From assembly GCA_002189035.1 (NCBI GenBank), contig NEEC01000008.1, forward strand, positions 186,001 to 250,000: a stretch of DNA of 64,000 nt, read 5' to 3'. Source of the stretch: Utricularia gibba (lineage: Eukaryota; Plantae; Magnoliophyta). This document shows positions 25,623 through 37,676 of the stretch, in pieces. The notes under the pieces were generated by a model. It did not search any database. It saw only the letters and a program-made list of their open reading frames with translations, and was not told where the DNA came from. The position numbers and the translations under genes were made by a program. Numbering within the stretch: position 1 is the stretch's first letter; every line of letters begins with the position of its first letter.

Positions 25623-26632
25623 ATGGATATGGTGAGCCCCTTTGTAGATTTTGGTAAGAAAACCAAGCGAACCTAGAAGCATGATGAGGAGAAGTATCTC
25701 ATCTGTGCTCTAAAGTATATTGTCAAAGATGGATGGAAAATCAAAAATGGTTTCAAAGAGGGGTATCACCAAGTAGTCCATTCAATTTTCATGAACTTTC
25801 ATCCCTGAACCGACATATGCACAGTTCCATATATCTCAAGTAAGGTGCATACCTAGAAACGAGAGTATTACCTACTTATTGATTTCTTAGCCAGGTCAGG
25901 CACTGGTTTCAATGAGTCAACCAACACGGTGGACACTACTGATGATGTTTGGAAGGAGATTGAACAGGCGTGCAGCTTTCTCGCATTTGAAGTATTTATA
26001 TCCATATATCAATCATAAGGTTGTTGCAGCATGTTTCAAGTTCGTGCGTGCTTAGACATAAGTCCTAGCCGCATTACATGCACTGGACGAAGATCTTCGG
26101 GAAGGACCGGTCTAATGGGGATAATTACATCAACTTTTTAGGTGCGTCTCAAAAGAGAAAATTCATAGAAGATGTGGCCGAGCATGTGGACGCATCTTCA
26201 GTGCAATCAGAATATCCACCCAATTCGGAACTTATTAGACAGGATATTAATTTGTCTAATGACCCATTCCTTGGTGGTGTAGATAGTGTTTGTGTTACAC
26301 CAGATAGGTGTGACTCTGAGTCCCACGATAGCATTGACGAGGGTGGGCAAATTGCGAGAAGCATGCAGTCTCTTGATGGACACATGTTGTTTCTACGCCA
26401 AATGGAGGCATTGAATGTGCAAACTTGTGAAGAGCTGTGTCAACTGAGGTCAACAATGGTGCAACAAGCTCATAACTTGACTGAGAAGCAAAGGATGGCT
26501 ATCGAGTTTGTGAAAGGTATGCCCCTACCACTATCCACCTTTCAACATGTGAGGTTGAATTATTTTCTAGCATCAATTGACTATGAGAAAGAGCTAATTG
26601 TACACAGTCTCGCCTTTGGGACCAATACTTGA
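25623..26632 (+). pseudogene. Myb/SANT-like DNA-binding protein pseudogene (PIF/Harbinger ORF1-derived)
   Basis: KRT*KHDEEKYLICALKYIVKDGWKIKNGFKEGY...SGTGFNESTNTVDTTDDVWKEI, then HWTKIFGKDRSNG (Myb_DNA-bind_3-like layout). In-frame stops, including TAG at a position expected to be Trp. Confidence 0.7.
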
Positions 26633-28573
26633 AGCATTAGTTGTGTGTAATTTGTTGTTTGTGGACAACAATGTATGTGTGTACCTTTGGATTGTTTAAA
26701 TAGTTCCCAATTTTGGGTGGGTAATGCGTGCTTCGTCATCCTGCAAATTTGCACAAAATTGTGTTACTTGTGTTGATCATTTGCACACCCCCACCCCCCC
26801 TCCCCATCCACTTCCAAGAACACAGTATTTCACAAACACGGAGCTGATGTGTGTTGATTATATGCACTGTGAATGCGAGATGTTAGGCATGGCTAAGATA
26901 GTAGGTTGCATTTACAGCCAGCACCACGTATGTGTAATCTGGTGTTGGGTGATTATTTTAGAAAATTTATATAAAATATTTAAATAAAAGATAGATAATA
27001 AATCTTATTGAAACCTACCACACAAGCTCAATAAAATATTCTAATATTTTCTCTTATAAATACTTCACTTCCACAAGTATTAGATACATTGCTTGACCAC
27101 CTTTCTTGTTAACTTTTCATATTTTTTTGTACTTATTTCCATATTAGAATCAAGCATATAAATGTAGATAATTACAGCTATGGATGTATGACAAAGTCGT
27201 GTTTGCACAACTCTTTGCTTTGTATATGTTTTATTTTGTTTTTTGATATTTAGTTTAAAGTTTCCTTTTTCGTAATGTTTTCTTTATTAATTTATTCTTA
27301 ATTATAATAGAGCCTTGAAAAGATATGAGAGAATTCTTGATTAACCTCAAGTATCTAAGGAAAATAGTTTAATCAAATATCATTTTTAAATCACATTTGA
27401 ACAAATCTATTTATAAAGATGTGAGATATAGAGATTAGAATCAAATATAAAGAAAACATAAATTATCATACAAAATGAAATGACTCTAGTAGCATGTTTA
27501 TGTAATTTTACTAAATGAGTGGTATTACTTATCGAGTCATATTACTTTAAAATAATACTTTCATAACTTATGTAAACTAATTAATTTTTTACATGTATAA
27601 ATACAAGCATGTACATGATAGAATATTAATCTATTTTTTAAAATATGTTAAACCAATTTTTAAATGTTGTTGTCATTTATTTTGAGTTTTTTTTAAAAAA
27701 ATAATCATCATTTTATATATATATGATCTTATTTATTATTTTGATGATTTCTGTGTACTTGTAAAATTTATATTAATATTTATTATATAATAAAAAAAGA
27801 AGTATAAGGAAAAACATATAAGATTGGAAAACAATCAGGATTTTTAATTTAAAATCTATGGAGAGTCGAAGGTAAAAAAGTTGAACCCTGGAGACGTGAC
27901 GACGTCGTTTCGACCTTCTGTTGGCGGATCTTCGTTTCTTTCTCATTGTGCGAGTTGAAAAGTCCGACAGCGGTTCGTGACCGGACCATCAGCATCCGAG
28001 ATCCGTGGATCTGCACTGGACTCTCCTACTCCATTTGTTTTCAGCAGGCGTGTTCCAAATCCGATTGCTTTGAGCTTGATCTATGCGCCACAGTTCGTTT
28101 TTACGTGCTTGATATCTCGCGGGTTTCGTTACTGCATTAGTTAATGAGGTACCAGCGATTCGAATGTTGGATGACTTTATTGTTTCTGGGTACACGAGTT
28201 GATTTAAGCCCGCATTTGATTCTTCGTTGAGTCACTTGATTTAAAGCTCAAAACTGTACCGGGTTCAGCCATTGAGGTACATGCTTTCTTATTTCTACTT
28301 TATGCTGATGTTTCGTACTGTATTTTCATCCAGAGGTTGATAGTGAAACAATCAGGTGCAATGCAAGTGGATCAGCGCATTGACATGTGCGAACTGGTGG
28401 TTATGTGCCTAATTTGTTCATGAAAAACCGCTATGTGGTCGATTTTAGACCCTAACACTTCCATGCTGTCTATTGAGATGTCTTATTGGGAGCATGGCCA
28501 CTGAGTATGCAGGGCAACTACTAATTGCAGCTTCCCGTGACCATTTTGCTTCTAGATTATTGTTACAACCTTA

Positions 28574-31500
28574 ATGATGGGACGTTTGAAACCACAGCCT
28601 AGCATTAAAGCAATTGAAGAGGAGCGAGAAGACTCTGATGTGAATTCTTCCCCTATGGCTGCATTGCAGTGTATGATCAACTCCGAGATAGGGGCCATGT
28701 TGGCTGTCATGAGGAGGAATGTGAGATGGGGTGGTCGATATGTATCAGGTGATGATCAGCTGGAACACTCTCTCATCCAATCTCTTAAAACACTGAGAAG
28801 GCAAATATTTTCATGGCCGCAGGACTGGCAATCAATCAACCCTGTCCTGTATCTCGAGCCGTTTCTAGATATAATTCGATCAGATGAAACTGGTGCTCCA
28901 ATTACTGGCGCTGCACTGCAATATATTTACAAGATTTTGACCCTTGATATTCTGAATGTAAATACTGTCAATATTGAAGGAGCTATCCATCTAGTGGTGG
29001 ACGCTGTCACCAGCTGCAGATTTGAGATAACTGATCCTACATCTGAGGAAGTTGTATTAACCAAGATACTTCAAGTTCTACTAGCTTGCATCAAGGGAAA
29101 GGCATCTGCTGTACTGAGTAATCAGCACGTTTGTACTATTGTAAACACCTGCTTCAGGATAGTCCATCAAGCTGGAACTAAGGGTGAACTCTTACAGCGA
29201 ATAGCTCGTCATACAATGAATGAACTAATCAGGTGCATTTTTTCGCATCTTCCTGACGTTGATCACACAGAAAAGTCGTTGGTTAAAGGAGGAAATTCTG
29301 TTAATTGTAAGGTATATAACCTCCTGTGGTTTTATTTCTCCCCAAAGTATGGAGAATCAGGCCCACCTATTTTCATGTGTTGCATTTGGTCAGACACTTG
29401 GTGCATGCCTGCTCCGCTTTAAGTTATTTCGAAACTTACATAATTTTCTCTTGTGTAGATTCCTCGGGTCGACGTTGATTGTAATGTTGGCAAATCGGCT
29501 GAAAATGGCAGTGGACCTCTTGATTGTGATGGTCATCTCTCATCTGGAGTTTTTAACTCTGCTCCATATGGCCTTATCAGCCGTCCATTGGATGAGAGTA
29601 ACTCCCGAACAGAAAATGGGAAGTATATGTTGCCTTATGGCATGCACTTGATGGCTGAGCCACATGGACTACCCTGTATGGTTGAAATATTTCATTTCCT
29701 ATGTTCTCTGCTTAATGTCGTTGAGAATAATGGAATGGGGTCTGGAGCAAATTCTATGACGTTTGATGAAGATGTACCCCTTTTCGCTTTGGATCTGATT
29801 AACACAGCAATTGAATTAGGCGGATCTGTTATTCGACATCATCCTAGACTTTTGAATTTAGTACAGGATGAACTGTTTCAGAATCTCATACAGTTTGGGT
29901 TGTCAATGAGTCCCTTGATTCTTTCCACGATCTGCAGCATTGTTCTAAACTTGTACCAGCATCTGCGCACCGAACTCAAACTTCAGCTCGAAGCCTTCTT
30001 TTCCTGCGTGATCTTGAGACTTACACAAAGTCGATATGGAGCTTCATACCAGCAGCAAGAAGTTGCAATGGAAGCTCTAGTTGATTTCTGTCGGCAGAAA
30101 ACCTTCATGGTTGAAATGTTTGCTAACTTAGACTGTGATATAACTTGTGGCAATGTGTTTGAAGATCTTTCCAATTTGTTATCAAAGAGTGCTTTTCCTG
30201 TGAATTGCCCTTTGTCCAGTATGCACATTCTTGCCTTGGATGGATTAATTGCAGTAATCCAGGGAATGGCTGAGAGGATAGGAAATGGATCAGTTAGTTC
30301 TGAACTGAATCCTCTTAATCTTGTGGAATATACACCTTTTTGGATGGTGAAATGTGAAGATTATGGTGATTTTGAACACTGGGTCCCTTTCGTTCGCAAA
30401 AGAAAGTATATCAAGAGAAGGTTGATGATTGGGGCGGATCACTTTAATCGGGAGCCAAAGAAGGGACTTGAGTTTCTTCAGGGAACACACCTCTTACCTG
30501 AGAAGCTCGACCCTCAAAGTGTGGCTTGCTTTTTCCGCTACACAGCTGGACTTGATAAAAATCTCGTTGGAGATTTTCTTGGAAACCATGATGAATTTTG
30601 TGTTCAGGTTCTCCATGAGTTCGCCAAAACATTTGACTTTCAAGACATGAATCTTGATACTGCCTTGAGGCTCTTTTTGGAAACTTTTAGGTTGCCTGGT
30701 GAATCTCAGAAGATACAGAGAGTACTTGAGGCATTTTCAGAGAGATATTATGAGCAGTCACCCCAAATCTTGGCCAATAAAGATGCTGCTCTTTTGTTGT
30801 CTTATTCCCTGATAATGCTGAACACTGATCAGCACAATGTTCAAGTCAGGAAAAAGATGACTGAAGATGATTTTATTAGGAATAACCGGCACATCAATGG
30901 TGGCAATGATCTTCCACGGGAGTTCCTTTCAGAGCTTTACCATTCAATTTGCAAGAATGAGATTCGGACCACACCTGAGCAAGGAGCCGGCTTTGCTGAA
31001 ATGACTCCAAGTCGATGGATTGATTTGTTGCACAAGTCCAAAAAGACATCTCCTTACATTGTCACCGATTCCAAAGCCTATCTTGACCATGACATGTTTG
31101 CAATTATGTCTGGACCAACGATTGCTGCTATATCTGTTGTCTTTGATCATGCTGAGTATGAGGATGTATATCAGACGTGTATTGATGGATTTTTGGCGGT
31201 CGCTAAGATATCTGCTTGTCATCATCTTGAAGATGTTTTGGATGATCTTGTGGTATCACTGTGTAAGTTTACAACACTGTTAAATCCTTTATCTGTGGAA
31301 GAACCTGTCCTAGCCTTTGGTGATGATGCAAAAGCTAGATTAGCAACTGTAACAGTTTTCACCATTGCCAATAGATATGGAGATTTTATTCGTACTGGTT
31401 GGAGAAATATTCTAGACTGTGTCTTAAGATTGCACAAGCTAGGTCTGTTACCTGCTCGAGTTGCTAGTGACGCTGCAGATGATTCTGAGATGTCTTCTGA

Positions 31501-33076
31501 TGCTGCATATGGAAAGCCCCTTACAAACTTAATGTCTTCTACTCATGTGCAAACTGCTGGTACACCTAGGAGGTCCTCAGGCCTTATGGGTCGATTCAGC
31601 CAGCTGCTGTCTCTGGATAATGAAGAGCCAAGGTCACAACCGACTGAGCAACAACTTGCTGCTCATCAGCGCACACTTCAGACGATACAGAAATGTCACA
31701 TTGACAGTATTTTCACTGAAAGCAAGTTCTTGCAAGCTGATTCATTGTTGCAGCTTGCGAGAGCGCTCATATGGGCTGGTGGGAGGCCACAGAAGGGCAA
31801 TCCTTCCCCGGAAGATGAGGACACTGCCGTATTTTGCTTGGAACTGCTAATTGCGATTACTTTAAACAACCGTGACAGAATTGGGCTCCTCTGGCCTGGT
31901 GTTTATGAACACATAGCTAATATAGTTCAGTCAACAATAATCGCCTGTGCATTGGTAGAGAAAGCAGTTTTCGGACTTCTTCGCATTTGCCAGAGGCTGC
32001 TTCCGTACAAGGAAAACCTAGCAGATGAGCTTTTGAGGTCACTACAATTGGTTCTCAAGCTTGATGCACGGGTTGCTGATCAGTATTGTGACCAGATCAC
32101 TCGGGAGGTCAGCCGTTTGGTAAAAGCAAATGCCACTCATATCCGTTCATCTGTGGGTTGGCGAACTATTGGATCTTTACTTTCAATTACGGCCAGACAC
32201 CCTGATGCTTCTGAGTCTGGGTTTGAAGCCCTGTCCTTTATAATGGCTGACGGAGCTCACTTGTCTCCTGCTAATTTTGTGTTCTGCATTGATGCAGCAA
32301 AACAGTTCGCAGAATCTCGTATTGGGCAGCCTGATAGATCGGTCCATGCAGTAGACCTCATGGCTGGATCTTCAGCCTCTTTGATACGATGGGCAAAGGA
32401 TGCACGAGAAGCTATGGCTGAAGCAGAATCTGAAAAATTGTTTCAGGATATTGGAGACATGTGGCTAAGGCTTGTCCAGGCTTTGAGAAAGGTTTGCCTG
32501 GACCAGAGAGAAGAAGTTAGGAACCACGCTCTTCTTTCTTTGCAGACATGCTTAACAGGAATGGATGAGATTCATGTTCCAGTTGGTCTCTGGCCGCAGT
32601 GTTTCGAAATGGTCATATTCTCATTGCTGGATGACTTGGCAGATATCGCACAGGGCAATGCGCAAACTCAAAAAGAGTACCGCAATATGGAGGGCACTCT
32701 GGTTCTCTCCCTGAAACTGCTCCACAAGGTGTTCTTACATCGTCTACGAGAGCTGTCCGAATCACCCGGTTTCTGTAAGCTGTGGCGGAACATGATAAGT
32801 CGGATCGAGAAGTTCATCAAGTTGAAGATAAAGAAGGCCGAGAGGCTTCAGGAATTAGCCCCGGAACTTCTCAAGAACACACTTGTGGTCATGAAAACAA
32901 AAGGCGTGCTCACACCTACCAGTACACTTGGTGGGGATAACGTCTGGGAACAAACATGGCTCAATGTCAACAAGATTTTTCCATCCCTCCAAGCAGAAGT
33001 CTTCCCTAACGAAGATCCACAGTCGCCTCCTGCTTCGAATCTAGCCGAACCAACAAAAGGCAGAACACAGAAATGA
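28574..33076 (+). CDS. GNOM: ARF guanine-nucleotide exchange factor GNOM (GBF class); exons 28574-29311 and 29459-33076; 1451 aa
   Basis: N-term MGRLK..IKAIEEE, AVMRRNVRWGGRY..GDDQLEHSLIQSLK. Sec7 FRLPGESQKIQRVLE with catalytic Glu (30701-30703) and YSLIMLNTDQHN. A single phase-0 GT-AG intron restores the frame. Confidence 0.97.
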
Positions 33077-33555
33077 TCTTCTTTCTGCTCATCGTTCTTT
33101 ACAGGTCAGAAGAGAATGCCTTGATCTCTTCTCTGATCCACCCCATATCTTCATCCTGCGGCCATCACGATTTCGACAGTCCTTGCAGGTAGTTGGAAAA
33201 GAACTCGGAGTTTGTGATAGAGGAAGCCCGATCTGGGTTGTCTGTTTTTGTCCGTGTGTGTGCCTGAAAATGGCAGAATCGGACCGCATGAAGACAACTT
33301 CACTTGTGTCAGGTGATGACTCGTCTTCGTGTCTGCACAGGTGATGACTCTTCTGGGTGCTAATTTTCCTTGAGACTGTCGTGTGTGTTCAACTGCAATA
33401 CCATACTGTAACTCGAGTGCCGTTTGAAAAGTGCACGAGTTGATAGTAGTTAACGACAAAGTGCACTGAGAATAACTTGTAACATGTTACTACACAGTTC
33501 GGAAAATGTTCCCCAATCGTTCATGAGATACGCCATAGCTGAACGCCAGCGGAGT

Positions 33556-34725
33556 TCAGATAAGCTTCTTCTTCTCGAAGAAGGTCTTCAAATGCCACAG
33601 CTGAACTCCGGCGACGGAGAGAGCAAAAATAATAGAAAAAAGTCCGAGCCAGAACAACTTGGAATTGGTGGATGTATTGAGCTGCTGCATTTCCTGCTCC
33701 CTGAGATTCAGCGCTTCTGTTTATAAAACGAAGAGGAGGGGCCGGGGGGTGCAGTGAATTTCAATGCAAAATACCACCTACCTCTCACGCAGGTAATACA
33801 TATCCTCGTTGATCGACTGCACCGCATCCAACATTTTCTTCAGCTCCAGCTGCATCACCTGGAGAGAGAGCAGAAACAAGAACGCACGTGATATATGAGG
33901 CGCTTTCATAAATCCATCCCATTAAGAGGAGGGTGAGTGGTTACGTCGATGGAGCCCTTCTTTGCAACGCTGCCCCAATCCTTGGCAGCAATTCCAGATT
34001 TCCAATCAAAGTCGACTGTCATGGTGGAAGCTGGCTGATGATCAGACGCAGCAAAGCAGGCCATGTAGTCTCCTGTCTCAACCGCTTGAAAGGCAAAGTT
34101 GCCCTCGCTCACATGGTCTGAAGAGTGATAGCTGCCTCCATTTGTAGATGTCACCTGTGCAGTAGCAACCCCAAACAAAGAGATTTGTTACATGTCATAA
34201 CCAGTTATCAAAGCAAGAAACATCACTGCTTTCTACTTGGTCCTTGCTAAAAAGTGTGAAAGTCCGAAAACAAAGATGACAAGTTAAGCCTTTTCCTTGG
34301 AGGTTGTAGATCTGGCATATGGTAAAATGCAAGTGAGGAGTAGTACAGTAGACCCAATCCTTTCCAAGAACAAAGCAACGAAAACACCATAGGAACCGCC
34401 ATCACCTAAAACCGGATCTCAAAGATATCTAAGCAGATCATAATTGGTGCGAAAACTTGGACAACACAGACAATGGGGAAGCAAGGGGCGGGGCGCCTAA
34501 TAAGATTACCCGAACGGTGACTTTGTGTGAATCAGGCAAGGGGAGCCCTTCATTGGGATTAACAATATGATATTTTCCGACACTCATGGCATTGCTCTTG
34601 ATGTTCTCCGATATGCATTTCGTATGGCCCGACTCCACATCAAACCGGATCGATTCAACCCGCCTCCAGAACACGAAACCTGTGAATACAACAACAACGA
34701 GGATACCCCACCTCCGGAATTGCAT
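33556..34725 (-). CDS. p24delta: p24delta (emp24/gp25L/p24) cargo receptor; exons 34725-34510, 34154-33945, 33858-33782, 33700-33556; 215 aa
   Basis: Signal peptide, GOLD domain (KCISENIKSNAMSVGKY, GNFAFQAVETGDYMACF), coiled coil (SINEDMYYLREREQEMQQLN), TM and FFEKKKLI tail (FF plus dilysine). Confidence 0.95.
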
Positions 34726-34949
34726 TCTCGTACCACGAACAAAATGTTCAATTGCAGCTGGATTGAAGGGGTTTCAGGATGGGATGGGTTATGAAAAGCT
34801 ACACGATGCCACTGCGTAGGGCGTCTACACTAGAAATCCCCCTCCCCTCCCCCTATTCCCTGCCTTGCCTACACTATAAAACCTACCAATGTTCAATTTC
34901 ATGAATCACATAAAACGTCGTATAATTGTGCAAGAAGAGAGCAGCCCAT

Positions 34950-34968
34950 CCAATCAAGTCCTCCCACG
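34950..34968 (+). promoter_or_regulatory. ER stress response element ERSE-I (CCAAT-N9-CCACG), overlapping a G-box, upstream of p24delta
   Basis: CCAAT caagtcctc CCACG(TG): exact consensus and spacing, 225-243 bp upstream of the p24 ATG. Function untested. Confidence 0.55.
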
Positions 34969-35330
34969 TGTACCTGCACTCAACAACTAACTAACTAGAG
35001 GGTAATTTACGAAATTCAACTTCTCTTTAGCGTATGGCGGTATGGGACAGGACAGAAGAGTGTCACATGAAAAGATTTCAAACAATTACACTGACGCATA
35101 TTATGTAAAAATAAATTTTAAATATTATAATCTTTAACGATTTTGCAATAAAATCAAAATTTTAGATTTTATAATTAACTTCATAAATTATTGAATTTTT
35201 TAAATAGATATTATATAGATTAAATAAAAAAATTAATACGAAAAATTATATGATCTATTTTATTTATTTTAAAAAATATATATTTTATAATATTAAATGA
35301 TATAATAAGTTAATATATTGAAATTCACAC

Positions 35331-35354
35331 TATATATATATATATATATATATA
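35331..35354. repeat. (TA)12 microsatellite
   Basis: Direct read. Confidence 0.9.
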
Positions 35355-35788
35355 ATTTAATTTATTATATTTTGTAATATAACATTACATTTTACTATAA
35401 AACAATTTTATAATCTCAAAATTAATTTTATTCAATTTAAATCAAATATTCAAAACCCCAATTTTAATAAAAATGAGTTTGGGGCAAGGAAATGGGCCCG
35501 AGTAGTATCGGGCCACACGTTTGGGCATATAAAACAAGGGGCAACAACATTATCCAATCGAAGTCCTGATGAAATACCCAGCCCGAACCGAATCATGATG
35601 GCATTCGGATCCCCTCGCGCTTCTTCTCCGATACCCGATAGGCTTCTAAATTTGGAAATGCAACAAGTGAGAAAGCGACGTTTAAAAAAAAAAAAAAAAA
35701 AACTCAGGAGTTTCCGTCCTCGCAATTATTGGTAACTTTAGGGGTACATGGGGTGGACTGTAAATTTTGCCACATCGACTAAAGACCG

Positions 35789-36972
35789 TTAGAATCCCGG
35801 CAACTCCATCGGCGAATTCACCATGTTCAGTAGTTCATTCCAATAGTTCCTCGTATCTTCCACCTCGGCGAACCCCGGAGTCGCTGCGATCGAGAGGATG
35901 GGGTTGAAACACTCGCCGTTGCTGCTGTTCAACACCGCGAGTTCCACGGCGTCGGCGACGTACCCACCGTAATCGAGTTGCTGATAAGAACCCAGATCGT
36001 CCATGTTGCCGCCGCAGCCCAAGCCCCCGATATCGCACGAATTCGTATTCGTCACCGGCGTAGTCACGGCATCATTTGTGATAACCCTCGGAACAGCCGC
36101 CGGGGCCACCGCGGAGGAAAAGTTGAGCGTCGACGTGGGCGACTCCAGCACTGTCTGCGACGTGAAAAAGCAGTTATTCGAGGCGCCGCTGGTGGCCTGC
36201 CACACCTTGAGCACGTCCAGGCAGGGCGGGGACGACAACTGTAGCGGCGGCGCCGGCGGCATAATGGACTTCTGGAGGAGCTGCAGATTCGATATTATCT
36301 TGGACTCACGAGCCAGCCGCGCCTCCGCTTCCAGGCGCGCCGTCTCCCACTGGGCCATGTGGCTGAGATTAGCAGCTTGCTTCGAGTGCGCCGCACCGCC
36401 GGAATTACTCTTGGGTTTATGGGTCACCGGGTCAATACCCATCCTCGTTAGTCTCTTCTTAAGACGCGTGTTCCAGTAATTCTTGATCTCATTGTCGGTT
36501 CTCTTGGGTAAGTGAGCTGCTATGGCTGACCACCTACGACTAATACACATTAATTAATAAACATAAGCAAAAGCAAAACACACTTGTTTAGGCAGGAGCA
36601 GGAGCAGGAGAGACGAAACTGTTACCTGTTGCCCAGCAAGGCATGTAATCGGATTATTGTCTTTTCTTCATGGGTGCTGAACTTCCCTCTCTTAATATCC
36701 GGGCGGAGGTAATTCGTCCACCGCAGTCTGCAACTCTTCCCACATCTCTGTAGCCCTGAGAAACAAAACACAAGCTCTAATAGCGTGCCCCCACGTCTGC
36801 ATGGAGAGGCCCGTAACAAAAAGAAAGAAAAATGGGAACCTGCTTTAGCAGGGAGCGAGCGCCAGCTTCCGTGACCGTGCTGCTGAATGTAAGCGAGGAG
36901 CTTCTGGTCTTCCTCTCGAGTCCAAGGGCCTTTCTTGAGCTCCTCCTTCGCCGGGGAGTCGGGTCGAACCAT
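35789..36972 (-). CDS. MIXTA-like MYB: R2R3-MYB subgroup 9 (MIXTA/MYB16/MYB106-like); exons 36972-36840, 36755-36626, 36533-35789; 335 aa
   Basis: Canonical 133- and 130-bp first exons; KKGPWT..., [32 protein letters not shown]; subgroup-9 motif [20 protein letters not shown]. Confidence 0.95.
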
Positions 36973-37642
36973 TGAAAACGCGGTGGGAAATCCGGCAGGT
37001 CGAAGACGGTTGATGAAGCAACAGGAACGTTGTAGGATTCGCAAGTGGAATGGATGGGGTGGGGTGGAGGGGAATCCAGGATGTCGGGGTGGTGTATAAA
37101 AGTGAGGGGAAATAATAAATAGGGTTAGTATTGCGGGGGATGATATTATGGGACACTATAAATACTTTACCTAAAGAGATTTATGAAGGAAAACTTCATA
37201 CGTGAATCATTACACTTTGAAAAAAATGTCAAATAATTCACTTTTCATTTGTTTTTGTGCCGAAAGCGGCTACAAAAATTGAATGCCCTCCTATAATGGC
37301 GTCCAAGACATTTATTTCCACCCGAAAGATGGAAATAATTTGCATGAAATTCGTAATAAATAAAGAGGGGAGTGCGTATCTGATTTCTGGTTCTCAGGAC
37401 GCCGGAAAAACTTGGGCAGGAGACGGAAATAAGTTAGCGTTGGGCGGGGGGCTGCGTTCGACGCAGTTCAGTTTGGGGTCCAGTGTGGACAGACAGAGGA
37501 GCAGGAGGGTGAATCTCTCTGGGTAAATGGAGGAGGAGTATAATGCAGAGCTTAGCAGACCCAGTTAGTTTCACTGTGGACCAATTATCTCATCTTTGAA
37601 AGGGTACTAACTACTACCAGGTAGCACTAGCAGAGGTGGCAA

Positions 37643-37676
37643 CATTCATTCATTCATTCATTCCTTCCTTCCTTCC
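37643..37676. repeat. Compound (CATT)5(CCTT)3 microsatellite
   Basis: Direct read. Confidence 0.85.

Noticed and set aside
36003-36479. 158-aa plus-strand ORF (and 35978-36244)
   Set aside because: Antisense shadow of the GC-rich MYB exon 3.
36973-37044. In-frame N-terminal extension of the MIXTA-like MYB
   Set aside because: It begins with TTG; the ATG at 36972 gives the canonical 133-bp first exon.
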